DNA of 63,221 nt, the filler included, from Reticulomyxa filosa (taxonomy: Eukaryota > Protista > Foraminifera), in assembly GCA_000512085.1 (NCBI GenBank). It is 20 parts of 20 records of this genome, joined end to end, with 100 filler letters (N's around TTAATTAATTAA, not from the genome) between each part and the next. Parts side by side here need not be neighbours in the genome. Positions count along the whole stretch, not along the records: positions 12,278 to 14,657 come from ASPP01034415.1; positions 14,758 to 27,751 come from ASPP01027080.1; 18 more parts are not named here. One strand, written 5' to 3'. The notes below the pieces were generated by a model. That model did no database searches. It was not told the origin of the DNA and worked only from the letters and a program-made list of their open reading frames with translations. This document shows, piece by piece, positions 13,630 to 27,469 of the stretch (position 1 is its first letter; each line of letters begins with the position of its first letter). A program made the translations under genes and the position numbers.

Positions 13630-14657
13630 ATGTTTTTGTCTATGAAAACGCCTGACTCGTTGAAAAAAGAAAGACTTGTGTCTTGCTCGGGAGGCGCAAA
13701 GTTAAAGAAAAAGACGAATGATTTCCTACAATTATCACACCATTTTTTTTTTTTTTTGGAAAACAACAATAAAAAAAATAAGCAACGATAGTTGGAAAGG
13801 AACACAAAGCCAAGGATCAAAAAATGGAAGCAAATGCAAGGGAGAAAAAAGCAGTGAAAACAAAAGCAAAGTGAGAACAATAAAGTTGGACGAAACAAAG
13901 GAGCCAGAAGACGGACCGAAGGACTCAACGATGCCAAGTCACGCAGCACCGATGATGATCGATGTGACAACAGGATGTGCAACAAACATAAGGAGCGAGG
14001 CGAAGGTGATAACACAAGGACGTCTGACACGACTGAAAGAACTGAGTGAGCGTCCGGAGGAGCGGCTCTCGACGCATCAAAGAAACGAAAAAAAAAGAAT
14101 CATTCGTTTGGAAAAAAACCGTCGCGCAGCGGCAATGTCACGACGAAAGAAGAAAATGTATATCAAAAACTTGGAGCAAAGAGCGACATTGATGGCCAAG
14201 CACCTGGCCATTTTGGAAATGGAAAACAACCAACTGCGAGGCATTATCCATCAGTTGTCCAATCAATTGGGTGCATGTCAAATGTTCGGTGGAGTTACAC
14301 CTTTGCTTATGCCGCCTACCATTTCTTCCTCTTCTTCTTTTTCTTCATCTTCTTCCTCTTCATCATCGCCACCCACACACCTATTGCCACATGCTTCGAC
14401 GACCAATCCTGCTGACTTTGCCGTCCCTCAACCGTTTCCATACCCTGAAAACGTTTCAGGTAAGTTTTTGCAAAAAAAAAAAAAAAAAAAAAAAAATCAT
14501 TTTCTTTTCTTAACTCGTAACGACGTATACATAATACACAATTTCATGACAACGATAGACAGTTTTAAAGTTGTGAAAAAACGGAAATTGGATAATGGAC
14601 AATGCTTACCAACAAGTTATATTTATTTATTTGTTTTGTTTTGATTTATGGATTTAT
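13630..14657 (+). CDS. bZIP transcription factor (ATF/CREB-like basic region), 3' truncated
   Basis: KRIIRLEKNRRAAAMSRRKKKMYIKNLEQRATLMAKHLAILEMENNQL. Start and first intron (13701-13782) inferred. Confidence 0.85.
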
Positions 14658-14797
14658 NNNNNNNNNNNNNNNNNNNNNNNNNNNNNNNNNNNNNNNNNNN
14701 NTTAATTAATTAANNNNNNNNNNNNNNNNNNNNNNNNNNNNNNNNNNNNNNNNNNNNACATGTACGTTTCAAAAAAAAAAAAAAAAAAAAAAAAAAG

Positions 14798-17700
14798 GTG
14801 TTGCATCAAGTACCACAGCCAGACAAAGAAGGACTGAGAAGCACAGCAGAGGCCATAGTGCGTAACCAACCGAACAGCAACACAGGAGGACAGATCGACA
14901 CCAATCTCGTGAAAATTGCGCAGCTGTATGATAGCATAATGAAGGATCAGGATGATTTTCCTTTTGATTTTGATTTCTATGGACACAGGGACTTTTATTC
15001 TTTGGCCAGTTTTTTGAAATACTCTACTCAAGAAGTGAGAAATCCACAAATTGCGACTATCGAAGGTGTTATGAGAAACTTTGGTGGAATGACAAAGAAA
15101 CAAACCGAAGACTTTTTATTTCGCAAAATTGGAAAGTATATTTGCAATGGAAATGATCCATCCACTGAACTTATATGGGGTTCTCTGTCGCCATTGCACT
15201 TGATTCACAACAATATTACACAAACCCGACAACAAGCGCAAAGTCCGAATAAATATGAAATTCGAAATATTATGTTGATTACAGAGTCTCCAGTGATGTG
15301 GAAAATTCTGTTTGATAGCGGCATTGCATCAGTGGACACAAGTGAAGTCATCTTTGGCAGCAGATTTTCTGGTGATGCCCATTCCACCATTTATTTGTAT
15401 CGAACCATTGAGCGAGTGAGAAACGCCATGAACACGGGCAAGCTATGCATTTTATTAAAATTGGAACAGTTGTACGATGCTTTGTATGATGTCCTCAATC
15501 AAAGATATCAAACTGTCGATGATCAAAAGTTTAGTTCAATTACATGCATATATACATATATGTATACATACATATATGTATATGTGTATTGTGATTGTTC
15601 ACATTTTTTTTTTTTTTTTGTATTCGTGAAAAGATATTGTCGTATTTGTTTTGGTGGAGATTCCATTCGCTGTCACATTTCGGAATCTTTTCGATTTGTT
15701 GTGGTCGTGCCAAGAGAAGAGGCATTCCATGAAGTTTTGTCTTTTTTTTTATTTGTTAACACACTCTGTTTTGCTTGACTCCAAAACATTATTATATCCT
15801 CCAAATCGGCTGACAATAGTCGAAAAATGCGGAATTGCATACACCAGTGGCATTTTTGAGCCGATTTGAAAAGTACTTCCTAGACCCAAATTTATTGGAA
15901 CAATTCGGCTTGGATCCATTATGGAGAAGCAAATTTGAGGCATTGCAAAAACGAATTATTACTGGATTCAGTGACCACAGACCACCGAAGCTATCAACGA
16001 TCTTTGTTGGCTTTGTGCAAAGCTACACATATGTAAGCTTATTAATTAATGAAACCACAGCAAAGAAAAATAAAAAAAAGAGAGAGCACGAAGAGAAGCA
16101 CGATCCAGACGAAAACGATACTTACGATGTCGAGTTTGACGACAACACAGAACACAAAAAAGCTGACGAAATCAAGCAAAGTGCAGATAATTGCTGGCAG
16201 ATTTTGTTGCAAAACACATCGTTGCAGTATATGATTGGTGATCAAAACAAACAGAGAACTGGATTTATCCCATATGCAAATATTGTTAAGTACTTTGTGT
16301 AATATACATGTATGTATATGTGTGCGCTATACAATATATATATATATATATGTATATATGTTTGTTTATAGTATTTTCTTAAGTTTTTTTTTTTTTTTTT
16401 TTTGTAATTAAAAAAAAAAAAAAATAGTTGGATGTATTAAAGAGAGAAGGTGCAAATAAAGAGGACACTCTTAAGTTGATCAAAGTGACAACACATGACT
16501 TCCAATTACTTGGAAGCCATGTGGTGGAGACAGACAATGTTTGTGCTGCTCTTACAAGAGATGCTTCGCCTCAGAGCGCTTACGTACCGAGCTCAAATGC
16601 AGATTTGCAAAAGTTGTTCGCAAGCTTTGGGAAAAAAGACAAGAAAATGAACAAAGGCCAGCTCACCGAAATTCGATTGAAAGAATTGCGCGACTTTGTG
16701 CAAGAAACAGATTTCTTTACGTATGTATTGGATTTCTTCCGCGACAATACTTCTCCGGCCACACACAATGTATTAGTCCTTACCTGTGACGCCCTGATGC
16801 ACGAGACGATGCTGATGCATTATTTGCATGTACAGTATTTGGTGGAGAAAGCATATACCAATCACTTGAAGACATTGGGCAGTCAAAATACAGATCGTAT
16901 AAAAACATTCATTATGCTTATCTTTGTTAATCGTGAGAGCACCAAATCATCGAAAGAACAGGATAATAAAAGGGCATTGCAAAACCAAGACAATAGCATG
17001 GCATATCCTTTGATTTTCAATACTATGTGGAAGCACGTGTTCGTCGATGCACTTTTGCCAGCAGATTATATGAACGAAATCCAAATCAGTGATATCAATA
17101 TTAGCGATGGTGCATCTCTCAATGAAATTCGAACAAGAGTCAAAGAAAACAGGTTTTTTTTTTTTTTTTGGAATAATTCATTCTATATTGACATTATATA
17201 TAATGATTGTTTTTGTATGTTCAGCATGGAATTGTTTATAAATTCGTATGAAATTGCTCTAAATTTCATTGATGTTGGACGAACCAACCAAAGTATATTA
17301 TACGAAGAGATCCACAGACTGAAGAATTACTTAAGTTTGGACATTGAAGACAAAGGAAATTTGCGACAGGCTCTGAACTTGCGTTTGCGAGGAGTGTTAG
17401 ATGACCCACAAAACGGAGTGGAGCCTTGTCTGCGTCAAGTGTTGCATCAGCCACTGGCCGAGAGAAGATCCCTTCGAAGTCAATTTATGTCGAATGTGGT
17501 GGAAAAGATTAAGTTTTTGTTGGTGGAGATTTTGTTGGTTCTGTTTGAAAATCGCAATATATTGTTATATCGATCCCCGACTGTCAATGACATCCGAATG
17601 GACGATCTATTCTTGCAATTGCTGCAAGAGCCTAAAATCGTGACCTTTTCTCAAACCAAACACGAAGCTGGCGTTGTACCCAAAGATGACATTCCCGATG

Positions 17701-20700
17701 GCTGTCAATTTCCATTCAGTAGTCATGTTCATGCATACTTTTCCTCATTCCGAGAGTCGTTCTTCCACTTGTATGAGCGCAAGCAACAAGAGAATAATGG
17801 AAATTTGTTGGGATTTTTGATCATCCATATCCATAACTTGGTCCAAACCACACAATTGAAAATCAGCTTCGATGGCTTGCCAACGGACATTGTGCAGAGC
17901 TTTTTACGAGATATCGTGCAGTTGGAAGGCAATGGATCTTTTGGCTTGCAACGTCTTAATGAAGATGTACGCAATTTGCTGGTCGATCATATCTACGCTT
18001 TCGTTGAGCGCGCGGCCGTCGCGGCTTTCCGAATGTTTGGCACGTCCAGGGTCACGCAGCAGGTGTTGAACAGAGGGCGTCGCTATGGCGACGAAAGCAA
18101 GAATGGCGGAGACGCTCCAAAGTCAAACGAAAACGATGACGATAATGCCGAAATCCAGATTTTGAACGATGATGCACAACGATCGCGCTCTAACAGTGAC
18201 TCCGATTCCAAAAGCGAAGAAAAGAGGGAGTTCGACGATATTCCTAGTTATCTGCGCGATGGATATGACAACGATCAGGACGATGACGAGGACGAGGAAA
18301 AAGACGATGTAAAAGTGGAAGACTCACAATTCCAAGTGACGGAAGTGTATGCAGTATTGTGGTCTCATGAGGCACTTTTACGTGATTACGTGGATATGTT
18401 GTCGCTCTTGTCTAAGAGAGAGCTTGAAGTAGCTAAACGAAGTTAATTATATATACATATATATGCATATATGCATATATCAATAAGCATTTATATTTAT
18501 ATTTATATATTCATATGAACACAAAAACAATGTTTTTTTAATGTATCCACGTCATAACAGTTTGGGAAGAAGAATTACATTTGCATGATGCTGTGGGCAA
18601 AATACTAATGACAACTTTGGAGTGTGTTGAGAGATTATTGCAAGAGACTTCAAAAGAAGAGCTAAAAAAAAAAGTGGACATGGTAATATCCGTTTCGTCG
18701 GCATTAGGTAATTTGCTGCAATGGAGCAATCAAAATAGCAAAGACAATGAACTCAAAAAGAAAATAACGGAAAAATGGAATGTACTGAAATTGACTCTAT
18801 TATGTATTGCTGCCACCAACTATCATATTCGAAATGATGACTCTTCCAATTTCATTGTGCAGACATTTGGTGCTTGTCAATTTGATGATTTCAGAGCGCT
18901 GAATGCGTTGTTGGAACATGTCAAAAGGACCATATCGAGCCAAGATAGAGCCAGGAGCGAGGACCAAAATGAGATTTTGCAATGGCTTGTGCAAACCTAT
19001 ATACGCACGTTCACTCTGAAGCCTGTGTCTGATTCCCGTTCCATTGCCAATCAAAATCAAGGCGAATTTGCCGGACAATTGGCTCTTTGGGTTCAAGGTG
19101 CAGACATCACTTTTTCGATCAAGCCAACTCAATTTACAAAAATGGAAATTGTGGTGCAGTTCCTCGAACTTTTGCATAAAAAAGTTATATATATACATAT
19201 ATATATGTTATATACATATATGTATATTTGTTTGTGTTCATAAAAATCTGATTAAAGCTGGAAAATATACGTATATATTAAAAAAAAAAAAAAGGAGGCA
19301 CATGAAAATATTCGAAATGCATTGGTGAATCAAGCACAAACATGCAAATTAGATAGTGAGTTTGGTGTATTGCTGGTAAGAGCGCAAGAGCAGTTTTTAC
19401 ATTTTCAAGAAGCAATATCGCAGACGACATTGAAGCAACAAGATAAACCCAATGTGACAAGATATCAACAGCTGTCGCAATTACTTGCGCAAAGAGTGAA
19501 TGAAAACAACATGTTGGATATTTTCCTTGCCATTGCCGAGTGCAAGGTATGGGTATATTACTTGTCGCATTATATAGGCTCGACTTTTGATTCACCGTAT
19601 TCGTACGTGAATGAAGGGATCGAAATTGAGAGCGGATCGAACCAAAAATTGGTGCGGAGTGTGTATTTGACTGCCAGCGATTGTAAAGCAATTGGACAAT
19701 TATTCATGGTAGACAAAACTCGAATGGGGGAAACAGAGTGGAGAATTCGTCAAGGACTCAGATATTATTTATTGATAGAATTGTGGAGAAGAAAAGGATC
19801 ACGCGCAAGCATTCATTTGACCAATAAAAAGTTTTCCAATTTGTTTGGCTTTTCAATGGATGTCAACGAGCATCAGGCGTCAAATCTCAATATCCCGAAA
19901 TCTGTTCCACTGGATGACACCTTTCGATTGTTGGAACATTGCGGTGATGAAAAAATGAATGAGTACTATACTCAATCTCGAGACCTTTTTACCAAGGCTA
20001 TTGGCTCAAACAAAATCGAATGGAATTGGTTTCAACAGCGATATTTCATTCATTTCGTTGCTGGTTTGCATTTTTTTTTTATTTATTTATTTGTGTATAA
20101 ACATATATATGTATATATATTTATACATGTGTAGAATAGAGCCACTCAAAATAAAACAACAGGTGTCTTCAATCAATTGTATTTAAACAAGAATTACAAA
20201 CATTTACAAATGGTGTCTGCGTTTACTCGAAAAATTGGAGAGACACATCTCAATATTCGACAACAAGTTCATCGAGAGCGTCTCACCTTTTTGATTGCAC
20301 AGTTACACTTTTTGTTTATTTTTCAAAAAAAAAAAAAAATGAAAAAATAGTAATGTAATTGATTGTGTTTGATCAGATTGGCGACAGGCGATTCGCAATT
20401 GACACATTTCCAAAATCAAAAAGACGAAGCACGTTTGGAAAATGTGCAAGTCTATCGACTGGCTTGGCAATTGATTGGAGTAATATTGTCGCTGCCACAG
20501 TCGCCCTTGTCAATTTTGTTCCATGATCCAATGGCATATCAAAACAATTATTTATTGGCAATGCCAGAAGACCAAAGTGCTTTATTGTTGCAGGCAATGG
20601 CTGGCTGTGGAGCGTGGTTATGCCCCAACAATCATTTGTATTTCGTGATGAACTGCACCCGAACGAAAGAAAGTGCAAAGTGTCCAACATGTGGAGAAGA

Positions 20701-23534
20701 CATTGGTAACAAAGCGGATGCCGAACAACACAATGCGGCAAAAAACAACCAACGATTAGGTACAGTACAAGCTGATGGAAAAATCAAACCTGATCATCTT
20801 GGCGCAACCGAAGGCGTTGCAGAGTACAGACCCGACTTGCTTGCACCGAAAGGTTATGTTATAATGGAGGGTGGAGTAGATGACAAATGCAGAGATTTTG
20901 ACGACGTGTCGATTAGAATTGCAAGACTTTTTGTCAGCTTGGTTTTATTGATGCATCACTGTAATCAGGACAAATCAGAGTGTATCAAGTTATGCTTGCA
21001 CTTTTTCAACACATCTTTTTTCTTTTCTCATAATAATGGAAACAATAATGGCAAAGGGTTTGTTTTTTTTTTTTAAAAAAAAAAAGGTTTACAAAATTGG
21101 ATAAGGATGGACCTAAAACCATGGCCAAACTATTCACCATGGTCCAATCGTATATAGAGGCAATAGGGAAAAAATCTGGAGCCTCTTCCTTTGAAAGCAC
21201 TCTGTTGTTGCTTCATTCAATCACTCATCGCTTGTATTTGACATTTGCAACCAAGTTTCCCCAAGGCTTTGCGGATTTGTCGATAGAGGGACGACGAAAA
21301 TTTGAAAAGTACTTACTTGAGGACTGTATTACACCTGTGATGCAAGCGAAGGATGAACACATTCGTAAGACTCGAGCACAGATAGGATTACATTTGGAGT
21401 ACAAATATTGGGGAAAACGCGTGGAAGAAGATATGAATTTGGAGTCAGATGAGTACAAAGAGTTTGAAAACAATTATATCCCCAATACATTTTTACCATT
21501 TCGATTTGTGACATTATCCGAATTTCGGCAATTTGTTATACAAAAACCAGAAAATAAACAAAAGTATCCTGTGCTTTGGGGTATTTTGAAGACAATTGAT
21601 ATGACTGGAGGTTTCTCCATTTTTGCATTGCGACATTTGCCAGAATGATTCAATGGATGAAACTCGTGCATTCCCGTTTCAATCGTCGATTGACCCGAGA
21701 ACAAGTCGAAGAGAAACAGCAATCATTGTCTGCTGCATTTGTTATGAAACAGCAGGAAAAGAATAAATGGGGAGACAAACATAAATGGGAGAAGGCATGG
21801 CAAGGATTTTCAGAAGGATGGAATCATGTTGCTTCTCGTGTGACTGCAGACAGACAAAAACAGGGACTCCGAGTCGATCGTGAACAAAATACAAAACGAG
21901 AGACGATAGAAGAGAAAAAAGAAGTTGAAGAAAAGAAAGTCGAAGAAAAAAAAGAAGAGCCACATGCAGCACTACAAATCGATACAGGAATGGGAGAATT
22001 TGAGAGATATCTGATTTTAGCCAGTCAATGTCAGACTATTAAGTTCGAATGCATAAGGAGAAATGGACCTAATGATACTTTTAAAGCTGCAGATGTGCCA
22101 TTGTCACTGGCTCTGTACTGTGGTAGCTCTGGTCCATTGGCCACAAGCAATATGATCTATTTGTTGTTAGAACATTTAGTCACTATTAATAACAATTGTT
22201 TAATCAATTGCTATCAGTTTTGTTTTTGTTTTTTTAAAAGTAAAATGAAAATAAAATAATAATAATAATAATTTTAAAGGCTGAACGAACAACAAGAAAA
22301 CTCGCTTGGCAATATTAATTTAACACACATTTCCAGTGAGAAAGATGTCGTCGGAATGGACGAAACACAATTTTTACAGTTTTGAGAAAAACTTACTCAG
22401 AATTTGAATATGTTTTTTTTAAATACTTCTTATTATTGGTGATTGTGATCATATGAAAACAAAAAAAGGGAAATTCAACAACACACAAGTCAACAATTAA
22501 AATACGGAAAACAAGTTGGATTCGACTTAAATTTAAAATTTTTGGAACATCGAATAAAAGAACAATTTATTGTTGGACGAAAGTTTATAACATTTACATT
22601 AAATGAAGTATTATTCGAATTAGCAGGGCAGCACGATATACGACAATTGGTTGCATTGATTAATCAAAAGCATCAAAAATTAAACGAAAACTATACAACT
22701 AACTACTTCCAACGACCTGAAAAAGAATATCTTGGACTTTTGCAAGGTAAAATTCTACAACGTGCAGAATATAATTTTATGGAATATAAAGAATATTTGG
22801 AAGATTTTGAAAATGAAAATGAGAAAGAAAATAAGGAACATGAATATGAAACAAGTGAAAATAAATTGATAGCATATAAGACTGCTATCAATGCAATTGC
22901 ACAAGTAATAGTCTCATTATATCGACAAAGAACATTACCCGATGGTAATACAAACAAACTTGGTGATTACATGGAAACTGTATTGCATTTACAACAAGCC
23001 GAGTATGAACCTTTTCGAAGTGATGATTTATGTTTAAAACATTGCGAAGCTGTGTGGAAGTATCTAGAAAAAATTTATTTGTTGGCTGAAAATAAATGGC
23101 ATAATATGCCAACAAAATTGATGAAATTATATCAGTTAAATTATTGATTTCCCATTTTTATAACTTTGGTTTAACAAACATTACTATTTTTTTTAATCAT
23201 TAACAGAGAGCCAGTGCCAAGTTATTTGGAAAAAGAATTAACACATTTTGCCACAAAAACTCCATCTGAACAAATGTGGGAATTACTCATGCAATGGAAA
23301 TTATTTTTAGAAATAAGACTAAGCCAAGAAGATTACGAAAAGGCAAATCTTATTCCACTACATCAATATTTAGGTATTTCGATGAGCGACACTCAGCTAG
23401 AAAAATTGGTTCAAACTTTACCTGGTGAATTAAACTTAACTAACGCAGGAGTATCTTATGTTATTTGTGCAAAAACTTGTCAAAAAAGAGAACAAAATAA
23501 CCAAATTGAAGAAATTGTTGAAACAGAACGTTAG
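14798..23534 (+). CDS. RNF213: RNF213 (mysterin)-like giant AAA+ ATPase / RZ-finger E3 ubiquitin ligase, 5' truncated, multi-intron
   Basis: DFYGHRDFYSL, VIFGSRFSGD, IERVRNAMNTGKLCILLKLEQLYDALYDVLNQRY, FRFVVV and PVAFLSRFEKYFL match RNF213 distal AAA motifs. YLLAMPED is followed by an RZ finger CPNNH-x6-C-x8-CPTC at 20621-20731. WMKLVHSRFNRRLTREQ is C-terminal-domain-like. Confidence 0.88.
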
Positions 23535-24080
23535 ATTCTTTTGTTAAATGATGTAAACAATGTTTGGCCTGGTTGCCCTCTTTTGTAATTGCCTTAAAAG
23601 TACAACATGCAAATTATTTTCGGCGGACTATATAAACCTAACGAATATGTAAAAAATAATCATCTTTATAAAGTGGCACTTAGGTGCTCCCTTTTTTTTC
23701 CCGCGATCTTCGTTATGATTTTTTACTATTTATGCCAAATTCTGTCAGATTCACATTCAGATATTTCATCAGATTTTGCAGGGCAAGTATGATTTAATTA
23801 TTTTTTTACTTTGTTTGCAGATACCAGACGAATAAAAAAAATACTGTTTTTATAAGGGTCAGACTCAGCCAGAAAAAAGCATTATAATGATTAGCACTCC
23901 GAAATAAAAACAAAAACACACCAATAAAATGCGTCACCCCAAAATTGAAATAATGATAATGAATACGATGTAATCTCTTGATTAAAAACAAAATCAACAA
24001 AAAAAAGAAAGACTTCAGCACACTCTCAAAAAAAAAAAAATTAAAAAATAAACACACAAAAAGCGAAAATGTCAATTTTT

Positions 24081-25036
24081 TTAACTCACGAATTCGACCA
24101 TATGAACTTTGTTACCAGTAGAGTCTTCGTCTAATTCTTCTTCCGCCGTACGTGTTTTTAAGGCGCTATATTTCGACTTAGGTTTTGCGATTTGTGGCAC
24201 TTCTTTTTGCTTGTCGTCATGGACAATGATGCTGTTGTCACGCTCACTTTCATTTTCATTATTATTATTATTATTATTGACATTATTTTTTTTCCCTTTG
24301 CCTAATTCAACGCTTGCTTCAGAGACGCTGGTTTCATAATCTTTGACAGGCTGGCTAATTTCTTTATTGGATTTTTTAAACATACAACAAAAGCATCTCC
24401 AATAACTGGCCATGGCCCCCTCTTTAAGTTTGTCTTCAGTAGCTTTTTTCTCTTCTTCCATCGCTCGAATATCATCTAACAATCCTTGTACGCTGATATT
24501 GGTCGTTAAAGACGATTCAATTTGATAATATTGGAAAATGGTAAACGATAGAAAATGAAATAAAAACGAATAGATATCGTCATTTTCAGCACACTGCCGT
24601 TTGAGTTTTTGTTCCATTCGATAGTAAATATCTGCAAACCACTGCGCTTGTGCAGCACCCTCCAAAAGTAGCCCTCTATTTTCAATTTGTTTTATTTGCT
24701 ACCATGGTCCAGCTCACTGCAGTATGTTTTTTTATTTCGTTTTGGTTAACTTTGTAAAAGACGCACAACAGAAATCGACTCCAATGATTTGTGTAAGAAA
24801 CATCGTCAAAGGGTAAATGAACGACAAAGGACACACGACAGGGTCCAAATCCGGAATAAATTCAAGTGAATACAGTTTTTGTTATCTTTGTTGCCACTTT
24901 CCCACCGTATTGCACTGGAATATCGGTTAAAAAACGCATTTACCATTTCCTTCTTTTTCTCCATATTCGCTTGTACGGCGTTCTATTGTTATTATTATCA
25001 TTATTATACAATTATTGCTTGTTATCTTTTTTTCTG

Positions 25037-25067
<31 letters not shown>

Positions 25068-27469
25068 TTGTATTCCAAACTTCCACCCCTCTCCTTTTGG
25101 AAACTAACTTTGACTGCTGCCATATCGCTAGGATCACGTGTTCCCACAGCAAGACCAGATACTGCATAAATCTGCTCCACGATGTCATTCTTTATTTTTC
25201 GAACAATAAAAACAAGTGCATACACATCAACATACGTACGATGCAATGACAATATAAAAGAAGCAGTAACAATAGCAATTGTCACAATTGGGTAGTTGTA
25301 TTTTCTTTTTCTCTCACTCTCACAACATATATATATGTATTACATACATATACATATATGTACATATCACCCATAAATAAACAAAACAAAAAACAGGAAA
25401 CTTCCAAGTCGACTCCGTCATCTTTTTCATTTAAGCCAAATTTGTCTCGAATAGTCCGAACTGAATTGTTAATGAACCTCATGTCCAAACTAGGTTGTCT
25501 TGTTGCATCATTTTCCATGCCGATTAGACTCTCTGCTAACATCTAACGTGTTTCCCCCAATGTCCCTACAATGTCTCAAAGAAGCCCAACGAACAAGAAC
25601 CAAATACAAAAACAGACACAAACACACTTGTTTCAATTGCAATTGTGTCAAGAATGCCATGGGAGTTTCTCCAGGGGTCTTTGCAGTAGCCGTGAGCGGG
25701 AGTTGAAGATGGTGGTCATGTGAGTTGAGTGAGAAGGAGTTGTTTTTTCTTTCCTCATTCTGCGAGGGAGGGGGGATTTCAATTCGGAATGCTTTTTCCA
25801 TTTCTTCGCCAATGGAAAATTCCACATTCGGAGATTGACGCGGTTTTTTGCGGTCGGCAACTTCACGCACATCCATGTCATGTCCGTTCATCAAATTCCA
25901 CTCTTTTTGTTGCGTTTCAAATTCCTTTTCCATTTCTTCTTCAAATTTTTTTTGCATTTGTTTCATTTCTTCCTCCAGTTTCTATTGTCAACAATCATTT
26001 CTTTGCAAGTACATTTTCGTCTAATGTACACGTTAATATAAATATGAGTATGAACATGAATATGAATGTGTGTACAATTTGTACACTTTTTTTTTTGTCA
26101 ATGTTCCCCCCCCCTTGTCTCTCTATCTCTTTTATTATTCTTCAAATATAAATATATATATATATATATATATATGTTTATAAGTGTACGATTTTTTGAT
26201 CTAATGCGATCCGTAAATTCTCTTTTAATTCTTGATTGGCTTGTAGCAATAACTCGTTCTCGCGTGTCAAATTCAAACATTTTTCTTCGTAATTGTGCAG
26301 CTCTTGTGCCATTTCGCTTTCCAAATCCTCTTTCTCCACTGCCAACACGCCCGACTTGCCGCGCTCATTTGTCACCGTCAAATGCATCCGCTGCACGCTC
26401 AATTGCAAGTCTTCATTCGCATGTTGCAACTGCTCCACTTGATATTCCGTGTCCTCCAGCTTTCTTTCCAAGTCTTCTCGCATTAGTTTCTCACTAGTGT
26501 TGTCACGCAAATATATACATATATATGTATACGTATATGTATATATATATTTTTACGATTTTTTTTATTTAAAAAAAAAAACATTGACTCCTTTTGACTT
26601 GGTCATTTTTGTAGTGATTGTTGCTGTTGATGTATGTGATCAAAAACCTTTGAAGTTTGTCTTGTTCCATCGATATTTGGTCTTGCAATAATTGCATTTG
26701 CACCACCATATGTTGATTTTCATCTAACAGCGTTTGACCATATTGCGCAGCGTGTATGGCCACTTGTTGTGATTCCTTTTTCATTTGTTTGTTTATTTTT
26801 TCCCATTTTTGCGTTTTTATTTTTTGTTTTTGTTTTTGCTTTTGCTTTTGCTTTTTTTTTTTCGTTTAGAAATAAAAACTTGTAATTGGGTTTCTAGTTG
26901 TGTGACTTGCTGTTCCATCAATGCCATTTTCATTGCCGGATTTATATCACCATCCACTGCTAGATTCTCGCTTCGGCTTCTACAAAATACAACAAAGTAT
27001 ATACATACTCAAAGACGGATATATGCCCATATTTCGATGCCTTATTATTCATTTGGCTCTTTTTTTGTTTCGTCACTTATTCACTTATTCACTTATTCAC
27101 GTATGCACATATGCGAGGAAAGAAAAACAAACTCACATCGGAGAAAGTAATTCATTCATTTCTGGATTTTGGTCCATTGGTTCATGCAGAAATGTTGCTT
27201 TGTGCTTTAGCAATTCAGTTACAAACGACTTTCCTTTGCCTCGGCCCCTTTCTCCAGTATTTGGCTCATCTCTCTTTAATCCAATAAATTCACTTCCAAA
27301 TGCTTCTGCTGAGGTCTCTTTCTCTTCCTCAATGCTTATACGCATAGACCCATGCACTACAAGTAAAGCAACAACCGAACTGCTGGTTTTGGCTCACAAA
27401 TTAAACAAGTATATCAAAACCTTTGGCGCCATCATCTGATTCAAGTTGAGAATCTTGTTGAATGGACAT
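24081..27469 (-). CDS. Multi-exon coiled-coil protein with BICD/HAP1/Spindly-type CC1 box
   Basis: The spliced reading starts MSIQQDSQLESDD. It contains VAIHAAQYGQTLLDENQ (AAxxG at 26737-26751) followed by ~200 aa of heptad-rich sequence, and a C-terminal WRCFCCMF cysteine cluster. Exon structure near 24700-24950 is uncertain. Confidence 0.6.

Noticed and set aside
15778-22259. In-frame TAA/TGA between RNF213 ORFs suggesting an alternative genetic code
   Set aside because: The stops examined fall in GT-AG introns, and long exons are stop-free under the standard code.
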